The position numbers and the translations under genes were made by a program. This document shows positions 38,821 through 48,639 of a stretch of DNA of 64,000 nt, piece by piece. The stretch's first letter is position 1; the number at the start of each line of letters is the position of its first letter. The notes beneath the pieces are model-generated. The model was not told the DNA's origin. It worked only from the letters and a program-made list of their open reading frames with translations, and searched no databases. The DNA is from Phyllobates terribilis (lineage: Eukaryota), in NCBI RefSeq assembly GCF_046119375.1, contig NW_027362762.1, positions 733,150,001 to 733,214,000 of the forward strand, given 5' to 3'.

Positions 38821-39877
38821 GCATAGAGTGGCTTGCAAAAGCATTCACCACACCCACATTTTTCCATTTTTCATGTCTTGCAACTTCACAACCTGGAATT
38901 TCACAGGTTTTTTTTGAGGGTTTGCATCAGTTCATGTAAAGAACATGCCCACAACTGTTAACATTTGGTTTCCTTTTAAATGTGAAGCAAACAACAAATA
39001 GGACAAATAGCTGAAAACTTCAGTGAGCATAACTATTCACCCCCTAAAGTCAGTACTTTGTAGAGCCTCCTTTTGTGGAAATTACAGTTGCAAGTCACTT
39101 TTGATAAGTCTCTTTGAGCTCTCCACAACTTGCCACTGGGATTTTTGTCCATTCCTCAAGGCAAAACTGCTCCAGCTCCTTCAAGTTAGATGGTTTCCTC
39201 TGGTGAATAGCAATCTTCAAGTCTGGCCACAGATTCTCAATTGGATTAAGGCCTGGGCTTTGGCTAGGCCACGCCAAAACATTTACATGTTTCCACTTGA
39301 ATGTTGCTTTAGCAGTATGCTTTGGGCCACTGTCTTGTTAGGAGGTGAACTTCCATCCCAGTCTCAAATCACTGACAGACTGAAACAGGTTTTGCTTGAG
39401 AATATCACTGTATTTTGCACCATAAATCTTCAAATCGACTCAAACCATTTTTCCTGTCCCTGCTGCTTAAAAATATCCTTACAGCATTATACTGCCACCA
39501 CCATGTTTCACTGTGGGGATGGTGTTCTTGGGGTGATAAATTGTGTTGTTTGGTTCCAGACATAGCATTTGCCTTTGTGGAAAAAAGTTACATTTTGGTC
39601 TCATCTGACCACAGCACCTTCCTCCATACATTTGGGGACTCTCCCACATGTCTTTTGGCAAACTCAAAACTAGCCTCATAATTTTTCTGGTAAGTAAAGG
39701 CTTTTTCTGTTCACACTTCCATAAAGGCCACCTATATGGAGTGTACAGCTTATTATGGTTGTATGGGCAGATACTCCATTCTCTGATTGGGAACTCTGCA
39801 GCTCCTTCATGGTTACCTTTGGTCTCAGTGCTGCCTCTCTGATTAATGCTTACCTTTCCCAGGCTGATAGTTTTGGT

Positions 39878-40465
39878 TTTAGCATGTCGCTCTCCGCAAG
39901 GAGAAACTTTACTTCTTAGATACCGGTCTGATGCCTCTCACCCAGTCAAACCAGAACTCACACTTTGCACTGATGAGGGGCAGTACCCCGAAACACAGTG
40001 TCTGCAAATTGAGTTTCTGGTGTTGGCTTTTATCCTAAGTCATGTGACAAGGCTCCTTAAAGGGTCAATATTGATTTTTAGGATTGCTACTACCAATAGG
40101 TGGCACTAGAGTTCTTGGTCTCTACATCTCTGAAGAGACAATTTGCATATTTCCAAGAGGAGCATTGCGGCTTGAAAGGTCTTCTCACCTTGACGTGCTT
40201 AGCATGTCGCTCTCCACAAGGAGATTCGTTACTTCTTAAATACCGGTCTGATGACTCTCACCCAGCCAAACCAGAACTCACACTTTGCACTGACGGTGAC
40301 TGACACACTCACAGTGTCTGCAAATTAAGTTTCTAGTCTTGGCATTTATCCTAAGTCATGTGACAAGGCTAGTTAAATGGTCAATATTGACTTTTACGAT
40401 TGCTACTTCCAATAGGTGGCACTAGAGTTATAGTTTTCTTCCTCTGTGAATAGACAATTTGTATA
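39878..40465 (+). repeat. 320-bp tandem repeat (~1.8 units) carrying hammerhead motifs; retrozyme/Penelope-pLTR-like
   Basis: agcatgtcgctctcc at 39881 and 40201, and cactttgcac at 39961 and 40281. A related partial unit lies at about 55320-55490. Confidence 0.85.
39964..40008 (+). ncRNA. Minimal type I hammerhead ribozyme
   Basis: TTTGCA [stem I], CTGATGA, GGGG-CAGTA-CCCC [stem II], GAAA, CAC-A-GTG [palindromic stem III], TC, TGCAAA [stem I complement]. All core nucleotides are present, with a GUC cleavage triplet at 40000-40002. Confidence 0.88.
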
Positions 40466-40564
40466 TACTGACAGGTGGACTTCCTTTCACTAAGCATGTG
40501 ACTTATGAAGGTAATTGCTTGCTCCAGAAATTTTTAGGGAATTCATCGCAAAAGGAGTGAAAAT

Positions 40565-43209
40565 AATTGTGTTTTCATGCACCGTCTCTTTAAAAAAGCC
40601 AGCCGGCAATTCAGCATCTGTACCCGACAATTTAGAATATAAGGAATAGAGAATCACATAGATTATATAGATAGAAACATGTCAGTCACATATATATGAA
40701 GTACAGTGACAGTGTTGATTACTGTACTTGTCATTTAGTGTTAAAATAAAGGATTTATTTAAAAAAAATTGGCGTGGGGTTCCCCTTAATTTTAGTCTCT
40801 AGCGGAGGTTAAGCAGACGGCTGGGGCAGATGTTTGAAGCCTGGGAAGGGGGTAATACCCACGGAGCTTCCCAGGCTACTAATATCAGCCCCCAGCTGAA
40901 TACCTAGCCTTTACTAGCTATTAAAATGGGGGACCCCCTCAAAAAAATGACGTGGGGTCCCCCTTAATTTAATAGCTAGCAAAGGCTAGGCAGACAGCTG
41001 GGGGCTGATATTAATAGCCCAGGAAGGGTGCCATGAATATTGGCCCCCTCCCAGGCTAGAAACACCAGCCGTCAGCCGCCCCAGAAATGGCGCATCCATA
41101 GGATGCGCCAATTCTGGCACTTAGCCTCGCTCTTCCCACTGCCCTGTAGCGGTGGCAGTGGGGTAATAGGGCTGGGGTTGATGTCAGCTTATAATGCCAG
41201 CTGACATCAAGCCCAGGTTAGAAATGGAGAGGCGTCTATAAGACACCCCCATTACTAGCCCCATAGTCAAAGTTAAAAAAAAAAACACAAACACCCAGAA
41301 TAAAGTCCTTTAATTGAAATAAAGACACAATCCTTTATTGTTCTAAATTAAACTCTACTTACCATCACGCCCATTCCAGCTGAAGCCAACGATCTCCTGC
41401 AATAAAAGAAAAATAATAAAGCAACCTCATCCTTACCTTTCCATGGTTCCCAGGACAGCTCCAGCTCTGCTACATCGAGATGACAGGCTGGACCGCAGCA
41501 GAACGCTGCCATCCAGCCTGTCATCCCGCAGACACTGAGAAGCGCAGGCTTGCTTGCGCTCCTCAGTGTCTCTCTGTGACGGCATAAAGATGAGCCGAGG
41601 TCATGTCCAATGAACTCGGCTCACCTCATGCACGTCACTGACAGCGTGGGAAAATTCTCCTGCACTCAGCGCTTCAGCGTGAGAATTTTCCCACGCTGTC
41701 AGTGACGTGCATGAGGTGAGCTGAGTTCATTGGACATGACCTCACCTCATTCACGTCACTGACAGCGTGAGAAAATTCTCACGCTGAAGTGCTGAGTGCA
41801 GGAGAATTTTCCCACGCTGTCAGTGACGTGCATGAGGTGAGGTGAGCCGAGTTCATTGGACATGACCTCGGCTCATCTTTATGCCGTCACAGAGAGACAC
41901 TGAGGAGCGCAAGCAAGCCTGCGCTTCTCAGTGTCTGCGGGATGACAGGCTGGATGGCAGCGTTCTGCTGCGGTCTAGCCTGTCATCTCGATGTAGCAGA
42001 GCTGAAGCTGTCGTGGGAACCATGGAAAGGTAAGGATGAGGTTGCTTTATTATTTTTCTTATATTGCAGGAGATCGTTGGCTTCAGCTGGAATGGGCGTG
42101 ATGGTAAGTATAGTTTAATTTAGAACAATAAAGAATTGTGTGTTTATTTCAATTAAAGGACTTTTTTCTGGGTGTTGTGTTTTTTTTAAATACTTTACTA
42201 GAAATTCATGGTGGTCATGTCTAATATTGGCGTGACCCCATGAATTTCGGGCTTAGGGCCAGCTGATAATGCCAAGCTGGCCTTAACCCCTTTATTACCC
42301 AGTGAGCCACCGCACCAGGGCCCTGGATGAGTTGGGTACAGCGCCAGAAGATGGCGCTTCTATGAACGCGCCATTTTCCGGGGTGGCAGCGGACTGCAAT
42401 TTGCAGCGGGTGGGGCCCAGAAAGCTTGGGCCTCCCTGCGCTGCGGATTCCAGCCCCCAGCTGCCTAGTTGTACCTGGCTGGACACAAAAATAGGGCGAA
42501 GCCCCACGTATTTTTTTTTTTAATTATTTCATGAAATTCATGAAATAATTAAGAAAAAAAGGCCTTCCCTATATTGTTGTGTCCGGCCAGGTACAAATAG
42601 GCAGCTGGTGGTTGGGGGCAGCCCGTTCCTGCCTGCTGTACCTGGCTGGACACAAATATAGTGCGAAGCCCCTACTGCTCCCATCGAGCTGATCCTGCTG
42701 GCACGAGTGGACGGGGGACAGACATAGGCCGATGGGAGTAGTAGTGTCACATCGGCCTATGTCTGCCTGCACGCACACATCCGCACACATCCCGCACACA
42801 TCGCATAGACACCGCACACACCCGCAGACATCGCACAGACACCGCGCACACCCGCACACATCGCACAGACACCGCACATACCCGCAGACATCGCACACAC
42901 CCGCAGACATCGCACACACTCGCAGACAAACCCACACACACCAATCATGACAGGCTGATCGTCTGGGAGGTGACGCTGTGCGGCCAGCCAATGACTGTAA
43001 TGCCCACAAACAACATGGCTGCGGCATTACAGTGACTGGCTGGCAATCCCTGCCTGTTCATTGGCTCTGTAAAGAGCACCAAACATGCAGGGCGGAGACC
43101 CGAGCTCCCGCCCGAGTAACCCGGAAATGCTCGGTGCTCGCCGAACATCCCGAGTAGCGTGATGCTCGGGCGAGTACCGAGCAGTGTCGAGCATGTTCGC
43201 TCAACACTA
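40565..43209. mobile_element. Non-autonomous hAT-ended fold-back element, copy B (right end retained; left boundary approximate)
   Basis: About 40565-41650 is a direct copy of about 20300-21400. A long palindrome spans about 41270-42190 and a CA-rich minisatellite 42770-42940. The last ~250 bp is near-identical to 18190-18434 and ends GCTCAACACTA. Confidence 0.75.
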
Positions 43210-43368
43210 GTGGGAAGGTGGGTTTGAATTACTGAGAAAAAAGAGACTATTTGAATATAGAGCCTTATTGACAATGCTCCATGGGAAAAAAACATGCAAA
43301 TTAACACTATCTCCCATAAGAAAAAACTGTTTTACTAGTGCTATCCATTGGAGGTAACTAGCCTTTAA

Positions 43369-45353
43369 AGCGTAACCATCATTCAAAATTTTATTTCATA
43401 AATCAATAATACCCACGAAAATAAGTAACTTTGTAATATATCTTATTAGCAAAATTCTCTTCTTTCTCCTCCTGAATTTTTATTTCACGCTTAATTCACA
43501 GGTAAAATCTGTCTTCAGTGAATTGAGATCTTCAGGGTCCATGCCCACGATGCGTTTTTCAAGCGTTTATGCTGCGGAATTTTTGCAGCGTAAACGCTTG
43601 GGAAATACTTGGTAATACGTGCCCCATGGTCCCCAATGAAATTCCGCACTTTCAATGCCCATGCTGCGGAATATTCAGCAGCGTTTTTGATGCGCTGGAA
43701 AATCCGCAGCATGTACATTATTTGTGCGCTTACGCAGGCGAAATTGCCATCTACAATGCATTAGAAAACACATGGCAATTCCGCATGTGCAAAACGCGCG
43801 AAAAACGCCTGTCAAATTCCGCACGCGTTTTTCCGGGCAAGGAGATGCAGAAATGAAGCAGAAATTTTCTGCTTCATTTTTGCATCGGGGCACAAAGCCT
43901 CACATTATTGAGATAAGAGATCACATTTGCTGCGTTTTTGAAGCATTTTGGTGAATAAAACTACATTTAGGCTGCATGCCCACAAAGCATTTTCCAAGCG
44001 TTTATGCTGCGGAATTTACACAGCGTAAACTCTTGGGAAACGCTTGGTAATCCGTCCCCCATGGTCCCCAATGACAAGCCGCAATGTCAATGCCCATGCT
44101 GCGGATTTTTATGCAGCATTTATGCTGCGCTCAAAAATCCGCAGCATGTCTATTAATTTTGCGGACACGCAGCGTAATCGCCGCCATTGACTTTCATTGG
44201 ACCGCGTGACATCCCCATCACTACATGTGCACATGCGGGTATCACACGGTTCAATGTGCGGATGGTACCCAGGTCGGGAGGAGAGGAGACTCTCATCCAG
44301 ACCTGGGTACCATAGAAACTGTAAAAAAAAAATTTAAAATAAAGATTATACTCACCTTCTGATGTCTTACCGGTGTTTTCTCCCCTTCGTCTGGTCTGCT
44401 GTATGGGTCGCGGTGTTGTGAAGGACCTGCCATGACATCATTGAGTCGTGTGACCTGTCACATGACTCAATGACGTCACCGCAGGTCCTTCACACCACCG
44501 CAAGCAGTGCAAGAGACCGGAGACGGGGGAGAAAACACCGGGAGGACATCGGAAGGTAAGTATAATCTTTTTTTTTTATTTTTTACCATTCTTATTCTTT
44601 TTTTTTTAACTAACTTGGTCACACTACTATAAATCCACGCCGGCTGCATGGATTTATAGTAGTGTGAGCAAGTCGTCAAGCACTTTTCCAAGTGATGCTA
44701 AAATCTCTTGGAAAAGCGCTTGATAACCCGCATGCAGAAATGCATGCAAAAACGCTTGACAACCGCTTCTACCTGGCGGTAAAAACTCATGTAAAATCTG
44801 CATGTGTTTTTCCTGCCAGGGAGAAGCGGAAAAAATATGCAGCATTTCTGCATCATGGGCACATAGCCTTATTAAACTGTAGACAAAGCACACAAGTAAT
44901 CTGCACCCAAAAAATGCTGCAAAAAAAATGCAACAAAAAAGCCATGAAAATGAAGCTAGAAAATGCTGAAAAATGGGTGGTCGAATGTAGTATTTTTACT
45001 GCAGATGATGCTGCAGAAATTGCTGTGTGTGAACATAGCTTAACTGTTGATTCAGATGAACATTTCTACAAAATGTCTATGTCTGCCACGATCTCTTACT
45101 CAACCTTTTCCCTCTCCATAGAATATTATGAGCAGCAACTGTCATCTCCTATCTCAGTAATGTGAACAGCTGAATTCACTATAAATGGATTTTCCCATGA
45201 ATTGAGAATAATGAGAACGAATGGTCAGTTCAGATGGAGAAAGAAGCAGATTTCTCTAATAAGATAAATTATAAAGTTTCTTACTTTCATGTGTACTATT
45301 GATTTATGAAAAAAAAAAAAAAGTAAATCGATGGTCACTCTGATGGTCACTCT
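43369..45353. mobile_element. Kolobok/T2-type element with TTAA TSD, containing nested Harbinger-type MITE pieces
   Basis: TTAA-AGCGTAACCATC...GATGGTCACTCT-TTAA. Subterminal ~150-bp arms are loosely inverted. The interior has duplicated aagcgtttatgctgcggaatt...atggtccccaatga blocks. Confidence 0.7.
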
Positions 45354-45376
45354 TTAATAACCCCTTCACGACTTTG

Positions 45377-46680
45377 TGTGACGCTCAGACGTCCGGTGTA
45401 AGCCCTTTTAGTTCACCCTGGGTGTTGGGGGACTTGGTGTCGGGTCCTGTGATGGAGAAATGGGATGCAGCCGTGGCCCGGACCCGACCCATGCTCAGGG
45501 CCGTCACATTAAAAGGAGATGGTGAGGGCTTATCCGGGTTGAGTGGCTAATTAACGACTACGCCACCTGTGGTGCCTGGTGAAGGGCCACCAGCGCCGCT
45601 GCAGTCCACTGAGGCATGGTTTTATGGCGGCCAGAGTTCTTACTACTCCCCACAGGCGGAGCAAGGCCTCAGGGCAGAGGGACAGGAGGATGGGGGTAGC
45701 AGTAGAGGAGAAGGGAAGCCGCGTACTGCGGTGTGGCGCAGAAATAACAGTCCGGAGGCCATAGGGGTGAACTTCCAAGGCTTTACTCACTTAGATGGCA
45801 AAGGAAGGCGACTCCCTGCTCCTCACGGGGTCCTGCGCTCACCAGGGGCGGGGGTCCGACAACCTCCGAGTAAGTCCAGCATTCAGTCGGGACCCTACAG
45901 CAGAGTGTTCCTGAACTACAGACCGAATCCTTTCCTGTCCGTGTGTGTGCAAATAGGCAGGGACTCCCTCTGAGCACTTCTCAGAACAAGGGTACGGGTG
46001 GCAGCTCCGCTCCGTCCGATACCCGGTGGAATCCTCAGGGCCTACCAGGCTTTCCCGTCCAGGACATAGAGTAGCAAGGTCGGGTGTCGGGGGCCGGTAC
46101 CCCTCTTGCAGCCGGAGTCCCTCTGAATATATCAGCATGGCGAGGACAGGTGGCATACTCCGCTCCGTCTGCTTCCTGCCTGGGATCCATTTGCTGTGGA
46201 GCCACACTCTTAAGCTCCGGGCCTTCTTGGTCCTGGTCATTGGCTGGGTTGAGACATTCCTTGTCTACAACCTGCCTCTCGTCCCAAGGCCGGGGTACGA
46301 GGGCTGTGTCTCCCAACCCTGCAGGCCCACACAGGATCTGCGCTCCGGGAGGGAGGTCACAGTAACACACAGTATTTATCAGCACAAAGACCAAGATCAA
46401 AGATGGCTTTCTATTAAATATGAAATTTAAAGTGTAACTAACTTGTAGGTCCTCCACCCTCACCCACTAACTGGTTCCCCTAACTCTTGGTTCCCCAGTC
46501 TCCCTGTAACCAGGGGAGCAGCACCTAGTGCATACTAGCCCCCTCTGGTGGAGAAATGTGGTGTTGGATGTAAGGGCTGGGTCACGACTATCACACTGGC
46601 CTTACCTCAGAAGAGGAACACTACACTCCATTAGAGAAGTGCAGCATCCCTGTGGCGGTCGAACCCTCAGGGGCGCCACA
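45377..46680 (-). repeat. 3' LTR of the CSD element (1304 bp)
   Basis: Preceded on the minus strand by the polypurine tract AGGGGGGAA. Near-identical to 48640-49924. Confidence 0.92.
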
Positions 46681-47233
46681 TTCCCCCCTGGTAAAACACA
46701 GCACGTCCGCGGGCTGCAAAAGAAGTAACACCCAGGAAATTTTCTTTTTAATATAAACATAACCATCTTCCCTTTATGGGAGGCACAACATATCCTTAAA
46801 AGTTGCATAACAGGGTATACAGTATAAAAGTACAAAATTACAAAAGTATAAAATTATAAAAGCATTTTTCCAGAGACATTTTGTGCAAACAAACAGGTTA
46901 AAGTGCAAGGACGCAGAGTCAGTTCAGAAGTGCGAGGGACCTGTCCTAAACCCCCAACGTGGGCCCTGGGGTGGCTGCAGGGCATAAAGATCCCAAGTTG
47001 GACCTCCCACAGAGCCACCCTGACAGGTTTTTCTTCTGAGGTCTTGAGGTAGAAGAAAAGGCACGGTCTTATATAAAACCAATATGGAGCACCTAAAAAG
47101 ATGCAAACTATTTACAATGGAAGGAGTCTGTCTGCTGCAAGTCCGCAGGGACACATGTCTCTAGAAAATCAAAATTAACATAATATAGCAAAGCAACCAA
47201 TTCAACTCAATTGTAACAGCAGCCGGAGGCTGC

Positions 47234-48259
47234 TCAGTCCATGTCTTCCTGCCGGGGAAAGGGCTCATTCCTCCCGACAGAGGCTAGCCGGTCCTCCACA
47301 GATGAGTGCGCGGGGGCCTCGCTCCTGGACACTTTATGGATATCCAGGGCGTACCAGCCTCGCACTCCATTGTGGCGGGTGTACGTTACCATGTCGCCCA
47401 CGGCGAAACTCCGGCCAGGGTGTCCCTTTTTGAACTGGGGCTCAACGTCACGTCGATTAAAGAAGACGTCCCGATCCAGCCCGGGACTCCTTATGAAGCC
47501 CCATCCTGCCACACGGTGGAAGCGGACCACCTGCCCTTCTTCACGGGGGCTTGGGTTGGACGCCTCCCTCTGGCGGGCCCTGGACTTGGCAGCTTTGGCC
47601 CGCACCTGAAGCTGCTCACAGCGGAGCTCCCGTTCCTGCTGCTCCTGACTCAGCTGCTGAATTTGTTGGAGGCAGTACTCACTCCTCCTCTGGGCTTCAG
47701 CTTGGGTTTCCCTGGGGAAGCCTATTAGGTTGCCCCCCTGGTTATCCCAGGCCCACTCTTCTGCCGCCGGGCAGGTAACTGTGGGGGCCGGAAGCGGCGT
47801 TAGGGGTTGCTGTAGCAGGCCCGAGTACGCGGACCATTCCGGGTTGGGGCCCGTGGACCCCCATGCAGATCCAGGTTCCTCTGGGACGGGAGGTGAGAGA
47901 CCACAGTGGTCTCCGGAGATGGCGGTGGTTTGGAGCTCTGCGGAGAAGGCTTCCTCCCAGGATACAGCACCTGGGAACTGGCACTCGGACCACAGGTCCA
48001 GGAGGGGCTCGGCCTGCTCCACGGCCTGGGTAAGGGCTCTAGACTCACCCGGTCCTAGGCCGCAGACACCTTCCAGGGTCTCTTCTTCTTGGGCCGTCGC
48101 TCCTTGGGTACAGGCCTCACTCCTCCGCCGCTGCTCTTCCTGCTGCCGCGCAGCTGCCTCCATGAACTCCCGGGCCAGGTTGCCCGCCGGTCCGTAGCTG
48201 GGGCCTGCAGAGGCTCCCAGGTGGGGATGGGATCTGGCTCTGTCTCCACCGGCATCCAT
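47234..48259 (-). CDS. 341-aa protein: low-complexity N-terminus, Q/E/R-rich coiled coil, C-terminal cold-shock domain
   Basis: Intact ORF with strong Kozak context (actATGG). CSD at about 47330-47545: GQVVRFHRVAGWGFI (RNP1-like), DVFFN (RNP2-like), RSFAVGDMVTYTRHNGVRGWYALDI. Confidence 0.85.
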   Translation of the reverse strand: MDAGGDRARSHPHLGASAGPSYGPAGNLAREFMEAAARQQEEQRRRSEACTQGATAQEEETLEGVCGLGPGESRALTQAVEQAEPLLDLWSECQFPGAVSWEEAFSAELQTTAISGDHCGLSPPVPEEPGSAWGSTGPNPEWSAYSGLLQQPLTPLPAPTVTCPAAEEWAWDNQGGNLIGFPRETQAEAQRRSEYCLQQIQQLSQEQQERELRCEQLQVRAKAAKSRARQREASNPSPREEGQVVRFHRVAGWGFIRSPGLDRDVFFNRRDVEPQFKKGHPGRSFAVGDMVTYTRHNGVRGWYALDIHKVSRSEAPAHSSVEDRLASVGRNEPFPRQEDMD

Positions 48260-48617
48260 AGTCGCTGCTAGTGGTGACGATGCTGGAACTCGAAAAATGG
48301 CTGCACCTCTTCGTCTCCACCTCTTTTTGGGGCGGCTCTAAGGCTGCAGGCCATCTGGCACTCCCTCGGACGTCCCCTCCGGGGTGATGGACACTACCCC
48401 GCGGACAGTCTCTAATGGAAGGGGCGGTCTGATCTCTTGGCGCCATTGGGGAGCCAGGCCCACGATAGGAGGTGCTGAGACGCTGTCCCTTACTCACATG
48501 ATGGCGTCCATTCTTCTTGGGCGGGCGCCATTTTAGGTGAAAAGGCGACAGTCTGTTTAGAAAGGCGTGCAGTACCCGGTAGCAATGGGCACTCTTCTTC
48601 ATTGCTGCGGGCACGAG

Positions 48618-48635
48618 ATCCTGCCGACTACGCCA
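48618..48635 (-). promoter_or_regulatory. Primer-binding site complementary to the 3' end of tRNA-Ser
   Basis: Minus strand TGGCGTAGTCGGCAGGAT is the complement of ...ATCCTGCCGACTACG-CCA, the 3' end of vertebrate tRNA-Ser(AGA/TGA) as recalled. Confidence 0.9.
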
Positions 48636-48639
48636 GGTT

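Larger units (their letters stand above)
38826..40565 (-). mobile_element. Decayed Tc1-like element with internal deletion and an inserted hammerhead repeat (approximate)
   Basis: ORFs [15 protein letters not shown] (39095..39277) and PTVKHGGGSIML (39479..39679). TIR remnants gtggcttgcaaaagcattcacc and ggagtgaaaataattg. Confidence 0.75.

Noticed and set aside
45551-46463. Cluster of overlapping ORFs duplicated at 48814-49726
   Set aside because: These are GC-rich LTR sequences with no recognisable domains; the duplication simply reflects the two LTRs.
47234-48259. Processed pseudogene of host YBX1/LIN28
   Set aside because: There is no Y-box tail or CCHC knuckles, the CSD is highly diverged, there is no polyA/TSD retrocopy signature, and it lies between LTRs with a PBS and PPT.
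48117-48614. 165-aa ORF as a gag remnant upstream of the CSD ORF
   Set aside because: It has a non-ATG start, no gag, capsid or zinc-knuckle features, and overlaps the CSD ORF in another frame. It is probably leader sequence, although a uORF role cannot be excluded.
48618-48635. tRNA-Ser gene
   Set aside because: Only the 18-nt 3' end including CCA is present, next to an LTR. It is a primer-binding site.
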